Shown: positions 50,893-62,390 of the stretch, piece by piece
Position numbering within the stretch: the stretch's first letter is position 1
Layout: each line of letters opens with the position of its first letter
Assembly: GCF_035084215.1 (NCBI RefSeq)
Contig: NC_090327.1
Span: 106,454,001 to 106,518,000 of the forward strand
Reading direction: 5' to 3'
Length of the DNA stretch: 64,000 nt
From: Heptranchias perlo
Lineage: Eukaryota
Program-made: the position numbers and the translations under genes
The notes under the pieces: model-generated
Databases searched by the model: none
Told to the model about the DNA's origin: nothing
What the model saw: only the letters and a program-made list of their open reading frames with translations

Positions 50893-53800
50893 TGATTGTG
50901 AAGGGTTTAGATAAAGTAAATAAAGAGAAACTGTTCCCATTGGTGGAAAGGTCGAGAACCAGAGGACACAGATTTAAGGTGATTGGCAAAAGAACCAAAG
51001 GCAACTTGAGGAAAAACTTTATTATGCAGCAAGTAGTTATGATCTGAAATGCACTGCCTGAATGGGTGGTGGAAGCAGATTCAATCATAGAATCATAGAA
51101 AGTTACGGCACAGAAGGAGGCCATTCAGCCCATCGTGTCCGTGTACGCCGAAAAAGAGCTATCCAGCTTAATCCCACTTTCCAGCACTTGGCCTGTAGCC
51201 CTGTAGATTACGGCACTTCAAGTGCACATCCAAGTACTTTTTAAATGAGTTGAGGGTTTCTGGCTCTACCATCCTTTCAGGCAGTGAGTTCCAGACCCCC
51301 ACCACCCTCTGGGTGAAAAATTTCTTCTCAGCTCCCATCTAATCCTTCTACCAATTACTTTAAATCTATGCCCACTGGTCACTGACCCCTCTGCTAAAAG
51401 AAATAGGTCCACCGTATCTCGTCCCGACTCTTCAATTATTCTCTTAAATTTCTCCTGTTAAAATCTCTATCCTCCAAGCTGAAGGATGAGTCTACAAGGC
51501 AAGATAATCTTTACTAGTTTTTGCAGTTGAACACTTTTGAATCGATTGTTCAAATATGATTTGAACTGTTGAAGGTCAGGCACTTAGCTAAACAAAAAGC
51601 ACCTTTTATTTCCTCTTCTATGTTTAAGAGTCCTAATAATAACCAAAACAATTTCATTATGCTTCAATTAAATCTCCCCTCAGCCTCCTTTGTTCCAAAG
51701 AAAACAATCCCAGCTTATCCAATCTTTTCTCACAGCTAAAATTCTCCAGCCCTGACAACATCCTCATAAATCTCCTCTGTACCCTCTCTAGTGCAATCAC
51801 ATCTTTCCTGTAATGTGGTGACCAGAACTGTACGCAGTACTCAAGCTGTGGCCTAACCAATGTTTTATACAGTTCTAGCACAACCTCCCTGCTCTAATAT
51901 TCTATGCCTCGGCTAATAAAGGAAAGTATTCCGTATCCCTTTTTAGCCACCTTATCTACCTATCCTGCTACCTCAGGGATCTGTGGACATGCACTCCAAG
52001 GTCCCTTTGTTCCTCTACACCTATCAGTATCCTCCCATTTATTGTGTACTCCCTTGCCTTGTTTGCCCTCCCCAAATGCATTACCTCACACTTCTCTGGA
52101 TTGAATTCCATTTGCCACTTTTCTCCCCACCTGACCAATCCATTGATATCTTCCTGCAGTCTACAGCTTTCCTCCTCACTATCAACCACATGGCCAATTT
52201 TTGTATCATCTGCAAGCTTCTTGATCAAGCCCCCTACATTTAAGTCCATATCATTAATATATACCACAAAAAACAAGGGATCTAGTACTGAGCCTTGCGG
52301 GACCCCAGTGGGAACAGCCTTCCAGTCGTAAAAACACTTGTCAACCATTACCCTTTGCTTCCTGCCACTAAGCCAATTTTGGATCCAACTTGCCACTTTC
52401 CCTTGGATCCCATGGGCTTTTACTTTTTTGACCAGTCTGCTGAGTGGGACCTTGTCAGTAGCCTTGCTAAAATCCATGTACACTACATCAAACGCACTAG
52501 CCTTATCGACCCTGCTTGTTACCTGTTCAAAAAATTCAATCAAGTTAGTCAGACACAACCTTCCCTTAACAAATCCATGCTGACTGTCCTTGATTAACCC
52601 GAGCTTTTCCAAATGATGATTTATGCAGTCCCTCAGAATCGATTCCAATAATTTGCCCACCACCGAGGTTAGACTGACTGGCCTATAATTACTCGGTCTA
52701 TCTCTTTTTCCCTTTTTAAACAACGGTACAACGTTAGCAGTCCTCCAATCCTCCGGCACCACGCCTCCCTTGCTTCTCTTAGCAGCCTGGGATAGATTTC
52801 ATCCGAGCCTGGAGAGTTATCTACTTTCAAAGATGCTAAACCCCTTAAAATACTTCCTCTCTCGCTATGCTTATCCCATTCAATATTTCACACTCCTCCT
52901 CCTTAACTACAATCTCTGCATCGTCCCCCTCTTTTGTGAAGACAGACACAACGTATTCATTAAGAACGATACCCACATCATCCGCCTACACACATAGGTT
53001 ATCTTTTCGGCCTCTAATAGGCCCTACTCTTTCCTTAGTTATCCTCTTGCTCTTTATGTATTTATAAAACATTTTTGGGTTTTCTTTAATTTTACTTGCC
53101 AGTACTTCTTCATGCTCTCTCTTTGCTTTCCTAATCTTCTTTTTAATTTCACCCCGGAATATTCTATACTCCTCTAGGCTTTCTGCAGTATTGAGCTCTT
53201 GGTGTCTGACATAAGCTTCCCTTTTTTGCCTTATCTTACCCTGTATGCTCTTTGTGGGAACACATTTACTCTGAACCCCTTGAATCTCCCCCTTGAATGC
53301 CTCCCACTGTTCTGACACTGATTTACCTTCAAGTAGCAGTTTCTAGTCCACTTTTGCTAAATCACTTCCCAGCCTTGTAAAATTGGCCTTTCCCCAATTT
53401 AGAATATTTACTCCTGTTCTTTGTCCTTTTCCATAACTATGCTAAATCTAACTGAATTATGATCACTATCACCAAAATGCTTTCCGACTGATATTCCTTC
53501 CACCTGCCCAGCTTCATTCTCTAAAACTAAATCCAGAACTGCCCCCCCACCCCTGTTGCGCCCTCTATACCTTTTGCACTGATTGCATCCCAGTTAATAT
53601 TAGGGTCGTTGAAATCCCCTACTATTACTGCCCTATTGTTTTTGCACTTCTCAGAAATTTGCCTACATATTTGCTCTTCTATCTCCCTCTGACTGTTTGG
53701 GGGTCTATAGTACACTCCAAGCAGTGTAACTACCCCTTTTTTGTTCTTTAGCTCAACCCATATGGCCTCATTTGATGATCCTTCTAACATATCATCTCAC

Positions 53801-54075
53801 AGCCGTAATTATTTCTTTAACCAATATGGCCACCCCCCCACCCTTTTGTATCCCCCTCTTTATCTCGTCTGAAAACCCTGTAACCAGGAACATTGAGCTG
53901 TGGCTTTCAAAAAGGAATTTGATAAATACTTGAAGGGAAAACATTTGCAGGGCTACGGTGAAAGAGCGGGGGAATGGGACTAACTGGATTGCTCTTACAA
54001 AGAGCCGACACGGGTTCAAAGGGCTGAACGGCCTCCTTCTGTGCTGTAACCATTCTATGATTCTATGACTCTATG
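50893..54075 (+). mobile_element. CR1 3' fragment (50893-51085 and ~53901-54075) split by nested CR1
   Basis: gcagattcaatcat ... ggctttcaaaaagg is contiguous in the uninterrupted relative at 32726-32752. Confidence 0.8.
51086..53900 (-). mobile_element. Young long CR1 (endonuclease plus RT) nested in an older CR1 tail
   Basis: GGGVAILVK, GVYYRPPNS, IVGDFN; 264-aa RT ORF 51968..52762; catagaatcataga tail repeat. Confidence 0.92.
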
Positions 54076-54079
54076 TGTA

Positions 54080-54900
54080 AAATGGAGAATGTACAAGTTT
54101 ATGAAGAACAAGATTTCAGTTCAGATATTGCAGGATTTTGCATAGGGTTAGATTTCTAAATCATTCACAAGAGACAGGAAATGCAAGGATGCTCTCCAAC
54201 TTCTTCAGTTACTCCAGTGGGTAATCTAATAGGAACTTGGCATCAGACTCATGTTGACGAGAAATTGCAGCTACTCCAAAATAACTGCAAATTCTCAAGA
54301 GAAAACAATGTTCTAAGCACCACAGAACATTCCTTCATTTGGTATCAAAAGTATGTTTAGTAGAATTTCCTGGCTGCCATCATTCCCTACCACTTTGAAC
54401 AGTAAGCCATTAGTTTCTCTCCTTTTCAGTAGCAAAGCTGTCAAGGAGAGGTTAATAGCACATCAGGCCATCTAGCTGTGATGGAAGGTCCTGTATGTGA
54501 GACACATGAAAACCATATTTTTGTGGGCCAGTGTGGGGTTATGACAGTTACGCTGGTGACCTTTACCTGAGGATTCTGTAAATGAGAGAGAATGGAGCGA
54601 AGGCAAAAAGAAATATTCCATTTCATGAAATGCGACACAATTCAGATTCCAAGTTCAGGGATCTCAATTTCTGGAACAGAGAGCCAGTGAACATCTTGTT
54701 GTAAAACACCAGGAAGAACTGCAGCTCCAGAAAACGCCACATCTTAAACAGGCCAATGATCACCTCTGAGTACAGAGTCCATTTGCGAGGATTATTTAGA
54801 TTCCGGCTGAGAAGCAGACAAATGCTAAATTGATAGGATTATGGTCGGGATCACAAAAGGGATCCAGTACAAAAACACAATTTTTGTCACAGCTTGATAA
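54080..54900 (-). mobile_element. Second decayed DIRS1-like element (RNase H end, MT-like domain, YR N-terminus)
   Basis: Manual translation: LSRNLNNPRKWTLYSEV..MW, FAFAPFSLIYRILR, VTVITPHWPTKIWFS, MMAARK.STKHTFDTK*, VGEHPCIS. Confidence 0.75.
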
Positions 54901-55526
54901 AGGTAATGAATGAAATCAAGCTCCCTTTGTGGCTGGGCCCAAATAGTGTCAGCAGCTGTACCAAAATAAATGAGCCAAGGTTAGAGTGGCGACTAGTGAC
55001 CATCACAGTCATATTCATAGAAGGTGACATAGATCAACCTGAACTGACGTCCATGAGAACCTTTCAGTTGAGGTTGGTCTGTGGTCAAGACTTACGCTAA
55101 TTTATAATGACCTGCCGTCACAAAAAACGTGACTAATTTCCACAAATGGCTGATGCCCAAAGTGTCCCTATATACAACAGAAGAGCATCAAATAGGCATT
55201 CCTCAAAAATGCCTTAAAGGGTGGCTCCCCTATTATTCTCACCACAGGCATCCTTGAGCTATAACATGTGGGGATACTGGAATGTAGAAGAAATTAGATA
55301 ACCTCAGAATTTCAACCATTTAACTAGCGCACTGCCAATGCAGAAGTAAAGTGGCTCCTTTATCTAGAACCGGATCCCATATCTGTAATAAATCGATGAA
55401 GGACAAACCAATAATACAAATCATATCTGGCTAGAGATTTGCGTCAAATACTCCCAATCTAGTCAATTTCTTGTAATGGCTGTGGAATGCTATTATAGCA
55501 CAAGAAAAGATCCCGTTATTCTTTGC

Positions 55527-55975
55527 CAAAAGTAAAATATTGCGGGGATGCTGGAAATCTGAAATAAAAACAGAAGATGCTGGAAATACTCAGCAAGTCA
55601 GGCAGTGTCTGTGGAGAAAAAAAGTTAACGTTTCAGGTCAATGACCCTTCGTCAGAACTGGAAGTTGAAGATTAAACAGTTTTTAAGCAAGTACAGAGCC
55701 AGGAAAAGGGGGGAGAAAGGGGAGGGGAGGAAAGAACAAAAGAGAAGGTCTGTGATAGGGTGAGGGCAGGAGTGATTAAATGACAAAAGGGATGATGGTG
55801 TAAGGCAAGGAGGGTGGTAATGGGACAAGTAAAGAAACAAAAGATAGGTCTAGAGGAGCTGTAAATGGGAAGATCAGAACCATTACCAGCACTTGCTCTC
55901 TGAAAAAAAATGTGAGTAGTGGTTATGATTTGAAGTTATTGAAATCAACATGGAGTCCAGAAGGTTGTAAATTGA
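55527..55975 (-). mobile_element. Penelope family-2 3' tail
   Basis: Reverse complement is similar to 24630-24720 and 24920-25220. Confidence 0.78.
55623..55659 (-). ncRNA. Minimal hammerhead ribozyme motif, intact core, sense to RTTN
   Basis: AGUU-CUGACGA-A-GGGUC AUU GACCU-GAAA-CG-UU-AACU. Confidence 0.78.
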
Positions 55976-56956
55976 TTATTCTTTGCGATGTGTTGTAGCC
56001 TTAACCCTGCATGGCACTTGTGTTTTGTCATTGCTGTTGGAACTGTCATTTTACCTCCATTGCTTCTCTCAGTTTTACTATTATTAGATTTCTATGTGCA
56101 GTATACTCTTTGACAAAGTGCCTTTTATCTTATTGTTAACTTCACATATCTCTTTTAGAGATTATAGTTGATTTAAACTGGCATAGAAATGTAATTTTAT
56201 GTTCAAGCATTGTCTGAACAACTATTAAAAAACTGAGGGAGGAATAAACTATCTTCATACTTTCTTCCTACAAATAAACTGTGAAATTTTTCATTCCATC
56301 TGGACACAGGATGAAAGGTAAATTGCTACTATTGAAAAACAATGAAAAGTTTCACCCCAACCTGTATTAACTTCCTATGTTCCTCCATTTACCAGCTGAG
56401 AAGCCTGGCAAGTGAGTTGCTCCTACACTTCTACAATCAATGAAGCACCATAGCTGGTTATTTGGAGGTGTTCTGGAGATCCCCTTGTCATGTGGGGAAG
56501 CACCTTGCCTACAAAATGGCACCTCACTCAGATAGGATAGTGAGATTGGGAGCCAGCATGTGGCCTATTGTGCTTACCAACATCTTACAGCTCAATCGTG
56601 CAGCATGTTCGTACAACACAAACTGTGCCACAACTCTACCACAACAAGATCTTTACTCATTCATTTTCTTTATTTTTTTGTATAGTTACACAAAAATTTT
56701 GTAGGTTATCAATAAAATATTAGCATTTATATGTTACTCTGACAAAGGATGCTAAAGATTTAATTGTAATATAAAAGTATTACTTTCCAAACAGTAGAAT
56801 CTAGCATATGCTTCATGCTGTTGAAATTATCTGGCATGACTGAGTTCTTTCTAACTGTTTCAATATTTCTCCCAACAATAATCCAAGAAATGTTGTGCAT
56901 TGCTGTAACTCAGTTTTGATTTAATGAAATCACACCAAAGAAAGTAGAAAAAGGAA

Positions 56957-57490
56957 GTGCATTTTTATAGCGCCATTCCCGACGTCTGGACATTCCAAAG
57001 AGCTTCACAACCAACAAAGTACTTCTACATAGAATTTTACAGCACAGAAACAGGCCATTCAGCCCAACAGATCTATACCAGTGTTTATGCTCCACACGAG
57101 CCTCCTCCCTCCACCTTACTTCATCTCACCCTATCAACATATCTTTTAATGAAGTCACTGTTGTAACTTAGGGAAACACAGTAGCCAATTTGTGTACAGC
57201 AAGGTCCCACAAACAACAATGACCAGATAATCTGTTTTAGTAGTTTTGATTGAGGGATAACTATTGGCCAGGACACAAAGACATCTCCTCTGGTTTTCTT
57301 TGAATAGTACCATGGGATCACTAAAAACAGATTAACTGGTCATGTGTGTTTGTGGGACCTTGCAGTGTATATATTAGTTGTCGCATTTTCCTACAATACA
57401 ACGGACTTCAAAAGTTCTTCATTGGCTGTGAAGTGCTTTAGGTATGCCCTGAGGACATGAAAGGCGCTATATAAATGCAACTTCTTTCTT
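56957..57490. mobile_element. Two inverted DeuSINE fragments, the left one interrupted by a CR1 tail (~57027-57145)
   Basis: 56957-57320 on the minus strand and 57318-57490 on the plus strand both match 38204-38420. Confidence 0.65.
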
Positions 57491-57574
57491 TTTCTAATTT
57501 GCTGAAGTTTACAGGGTTGCATCTCAGTATAATGTAAGAGTGACTTCTTTTAAAATAAATTAAAATATGCTTAC

Positions 57575-57714
57575 AAATGTTGTTTGCTCATAAAAAGTCG
57601 AAGAGATGCACGAATCCTGGCTGTCCTCGATAGAATGCCAGAAGTCGCTTCATTGCATGGCTCACTCAGTGCAAGGATGCAGCTTCCTAGTGGGCCTTCT
57701 GTAGTTGCAAAGCC
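57575..57714 (-). CDS. RTTN: Rotatin exon GFATTEGPLGSCILALSEPCNEATSGILSRTARIRASLRLFMSKQH
   Basis: tgtag acceptor, gtaagc donor, 140 nt, phase 0/2; aligns to RTTN GYADTEDPLGNCILLLS. Confidence 0.92.
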
Positions 57715-59714
57715 CTACAAAAACCACAGAACACAATAATGTGTGGGGATACTTCAAACTGTAACAATAAACTTTTTTGACTCAAAAGGCAGATGTTCTT
57801 AACTGTGACATTTAAATCAGTAGCTTTTCTGTGATATATCCCATCCTAATGAACTAACAATATTTGTACTTTTATAGGAGCACAAAGCAACATTTTCAAA
57901 CTGCACGTGTACAAAACGATCCCATGTCAAGATACAATGATATAACAAAGGAAGTGATCTGCCAAACCATCTGCATTTAGTCGGGGCATCCAAGGTTTCT
58001 GAGAAGTTGTACCAATCAGGAAAGGGGTACAACCCAAAACCCAATGAGACATATTAAGGTTGACCATCTTTATGAACTGTGGTCAAACCCCATCCAAATC
58101 ACAATGGGGGAAGAGGACAAAATACCAGCAGTACAAGGGAGCTTAAAACAAATTCAAAAGGCAGGGGGTGGAGTGGGATTTAGTGGATTTAATATAGATA
58201 ACAAAAATGGTATGGAGAAAATAATGGGACTTAAGATAGACAAATTTTCAAGATCTGATGGTTTCCACTGCAAAAGAAATAGGTGAGGAAATTGCAGATG
58301 CATTAGTCATAATTTTCCAAAGCTCTCTAGATTCAGCAATTGTGCCTTTAAAATCAGAAAATAGCAAATATCATTCCATTGTTTAAAAACGGAGGGAGGG
58401 AGGGAAAAAACAGATAACTACAGACATTGACAGTTTAACATCAATTGTAGGGAAATTCCTGGACTGAGCACTTAAACAAGTATGAGCTGATCAAAGAGAG
58501 TCAGCATGGATTTCTGAAGGGTAGGTCATGTCTAACTAATCCAGTTAAATTTTTTTGAGGTCACCAGCATGGTAGGTAGTGTCTATGGATGTTGTCCATA
58601 TGGGCTTCCAGAAGGTCTGATAAGGTTCTGCATAAGAGATTATTAGCATAAATAAGAACCATGGAATTGGAGGTAACCTTGTGACATGTGCTGATAATTA
58701 GTTGGAAGGTAGGAGACATGGAGTAGGGGTAAAGGGTACATTCTCCGATTGGCAGGATGTGACAAGTGGTGATTCCCCCAGCGATCAGTACGGGGACCTC
58801 AGCTTTTCACCATATATGAATGACTTGGATGAAGGAAGAGAGTTGTATATCCATGTTTACAGATGACACTAAATTAGGAGGTACAGTAAGTTGTGTAGAT
58901 AGGAGGAAGTTACAAAGAGACATAGACAGGGTAAGTATGTGGGCAAAACTATGAGAAATGGAGTTAAATGTGGGGAGTATGAGGTCATCCTCTTTGGATC
59001 TCAGAAAGACAAATCAAAATATTTTCTAAACGATGAGAGACTAGGAGCTGTAGAGGAGCAAAGGGATTAATGTGTCTATGCACACAAACCATTAAAAGTT
59101 AGTGTACAGATACAAAAAGCAATCAAAAAGGCTAATGGAATGTTGGTTTTTGTTTCAAGGGGATTGGAATACAAAAGTGAGGCAGTGATGCTTCAGCTGT
59201 GCAGAGCCTAAGTCAGACCCTATCTGGAGTACTGCATTCTGTTCTGGGCACTGGGCCTCAGGAAAGATACATTGGCCTTGGAAGGGGTGCAGTGCAGATA
59301 CACCAGAATGTTTCTGGGGTTGAGGGTTATATTATGAGGACATAAATTTGGCTTGTATTCCTTTGAGTTTAGAAGGTTGAGGGGTAATTTAATAGAGGTA
59401 TTTAAAATCATTAAGGGATTTTATAGGGTACATAAAGAGAAAAAATTTCCTTTGGTGGAGGAATCCAGAACAAGGCGGCATAATCTTAAAATTAGAGCTC
59501 GGCAATTTAGGAATGAAATGAAGAAGCACTTTTTCACACAAAGGGTAGTGGAAATCAGAAACTTGCTCCCCCAAAAGGTTGTGAATGCTGGGCTGATTGA
59601 CATTTTCAGGACTGAGATCGATAGACTTTTGTTAGGGAAGGATATCAAGGGATATGGAGCAAAAGCAGGTAAATGGAATTAAGGTACAGATCAGCCATGA
59701 TCTATATTGAATGG

Positions 59715-60028
59715 TGTGGAGATGCCGGTGATGGACTGGGGTTGACAATTGTAAATAATTTTACAACACCAAGTTATAGTCCAGCAATTTTATTTTAAAT
59801 TCACAAGCTTTCGGAGGCTTCCTCCTTCGTCAGGTGAACGATGTGAAAATGAAATCCTCGAAATGAAATCGCATTTATAATTCACAGAACAATGCTTGGT
59901 GAGTACAGACAGTTTTTTCAACTGCCCGTTGCCAAGGCAATCAGTGTGCAGACAGACAGGTGTTACCTGCCAGGTCTCACAGAATTCTGTGACAACTGTC
60001 TGTACTCACCAAGCATTGTTCTGTGATT
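59715..60028 (-). mobile_element. Penelope family-1 pLTR copy with 5' inversion and 12-bp TSD
   Basis: TSD tatattgaatgg at 59703-59714 and 60029-60040; 59994-60026 is an inverted copy of 59882-59914. Confidence 0.87.
59800..59838 (-). ncRNA. Minimal hammerhead ribozyme motif, intact core, sense to RTTN
   Basis: UUCAC-CUGACGA-A-GGAGG AAG CCUCC-GAAA-GC-UU-GUGAA. Confidence 0.82.
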
Positions 60029-61349
60029 TATATTGAATGGCGAAGCAGACTTGAGGGGCTTAATACCTATTCCTGTTCCTTTGTAAGTGGTAGTCAAAAT
60101 AACTCAGATGAGATAGTATGCAAATGACAGTAAGCACACCTCAGTAACAGGAAGTGGAATAACAACTATTAGAGGACAATGAAAATAGTCATAAAAGTGG
60201 GGTTCTTACATCCTAATTATCAGTTCAAGTGCAACATATATGCTGATAGTGGTGTTTCTCACACACATGAAACAGAAGTTGCATAACCAGCCTATTTTTC
60301 TGAAGTCCAGGTTAACAATTCCACTGACATGTACAATTTTGAGTACCTCGATGCCATTAAATAGCAACAGATGAAAGTACAAGGAAATAATGGGAGAAAA
60401 AAAAATCACAAAACTATAGTTTAAATATCCTAGGAACAGTATTAATTAATTATTCAGGACTGAATTTTGCCACGTTACAAGCTGGGATTGTTATAAAATA
60501 AGAACAGAAAATGCTGGAAACACTAAGCAAGTCGGGTAGCATTTGTAAAGAAAGGAATGCATTTTCTGTTTTTGCTTCAGATTTCCAACATCTGCAATAT
60601 TTTATTTTCTGTGAACACTGTGGTTGTGTGCAGTTCCATTCTTTCTGTAGACTTGATAAATTTGTGACATCAGAAAACTCATCTAAGGTATTCTGTCTAA
60701 TAAGTGGAATTCACGGGAAAAATGTTGAGTTTAAAATATAACTGCTTGTGTGCCACATGTAGCCCAGTTTTTCATACAATATTTGGTTGACCCTGGCCAC
60801 AAAGAGTGGGCCATTCAGCTGCTCTCCCTTGCTCACTGATGCACCACAAGTTATATGGGCTGAAGTGAAATCCAAAAAAAAGCATTGCAGTAAAATGTAT
60901 GCACTGCAACGCGGTGCAAATGTTGTTTTGGAAGGGAACTCTGCTGCAAGTGGTGAACTTCTGCACAAGTATCCACTGAAACTTACTGAATATAAATGGC
61001 CTGTGGCAAATTTAAGCATTATATTCTAATGTCAAAAAAGTTTGTCTCTTGTTCTGCAACCTGAGTCTAATAAGAGTTGCATATTTAATTCCCCTCATCG
61101 AAGATGAGTAAATAACGTGGCAACATGTGATGCATTGAAGTAAATGAGAATACAGTGGCAAGGCTTCTATGTTAGATGTAGTGAAGCTCATGGATCAAAG
61201 TATTAGGCAGATAAGGAAACACACTGGTTCACTGGGGTGCAAAGTCCATTTATGGTAATGGCCATCAAAACTGAACCCAAGTGGTATATCTCTTGTAAAA
61301 ACCTAAAACTTGAACAGGTTTGACTTCACAATCATATAGTTAAACCTAC

Positions 61350-61466
61350 CTGCAGAACTGGAATCACAGGATATAAAGCTTCAATTAACTTGTTCCAGCT
61401 TAAAGTGCTCATAACCAGGCGTCCCTGCATTAAGTAAATGAGGATGTCCTTTGCAGCACTGTTCAC
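61350..61466 (-). CDS. RTTN: Rotatin exon [39 protein letters not shown]
   Basis: Inside ORF 61332..61559; tacag acceptor, gtaggt donor, 117 nt; aligns to RTTN VNTAAKAILLYLLQGRLMM. Confidence 0.95.
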
Positions 61467-61559
61467 CTGTAGGATAATAGAGAAACGTGTTGTTAATGAT
61501 AATAAAAAATTTATCCACACTTTCTCAGCAAATCGACCATGAAAAACAAGACAAGGCAT

Positions 61560-62390
61560 GATGTGTTTTAGGTTTTAAGAAGGCTTTTGAGGGAAGAGAA
61601 AGAGGTAGCAAGGTAGAGGGGTTTAAGCTTTCCAGAGCATGGGGTCAAGACAGTTTGAGGCTCTTCTGTGAAGATTGAATGGAGGGTGCAATACAAAGAG
61701 AAGCTAAAGACAAGAAGCCAGGGCTCATGCTGGAACATAGAGCTGAAGGAAAAGCAGAGGTATGAAGCCACAGGGGGATCTGTGGATGAGGACAAAGATT
61801 CTGAAATCAATGCACTGGGGGATGGGGAGTCAACAAAGGTTGCTGAGGACAGGGGAGATAGGGAAGCTGGACTTAATGTGGAATAGGGTGCAGGTGTGGA
61901 GTGTTAGGGAAGTTTCAATTTGTGAAGGACAGCACCCAAAAGGCTAGCAAGGACAGCATTGAAGTAATTGAGTGTAGCATTAGCCAGGGTGTGGCTAATA
62001 GTTCCTGCGGTAGCAGAGGCGAGAAAAGAGCGTAGGTGGGAGAGGCTGTGGAAATGGTAATACATGATCTTTGTGGTGACTAGGACATGGAGTTTACAGT
62101 TCGGCTCAGGGCCGGACATTGAGATTGTACAATGCCAGGCTCATCCAAAGCAGGCAAGTGGGGAGAGGAACAGAATAGGGGCTAAAGGTGCTGAAGCTGG
62201 TGGAAGCTCAACAGCATTGGTTAGGCTTTAGTGTTGCTGATGTTGAATTTGAAGGAAGTTTTTGCTTTTCCAGAATTTGATGTCCACTAAATAGTTGGAG
62301 CTCAAAGATGATCAGGATGTCAAGGGTAGCAACAAGAAGAGTTGGGTGGTGTCAGCATACATGTGTAAGTGGATCCCATGCATAGTAATC
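61560..62390 (-). mobile_element. Old L2-like LINE fragment
   Basis: Minus-strand MYADTTQL (YADD-like), LNYFNAVLA, LHKLKL remnants. Confidence 0.55.

Larger units (their letters stand above)
58200..60080 (+). mobile_element. Degraded CR1 with Penelope insertion in its 3' tail
   Basis: QHGFLKGRSCLTN, DDTKLGG, FRRLRGNLIEVFKI..FFTQRVV. Confidence 0.85.
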
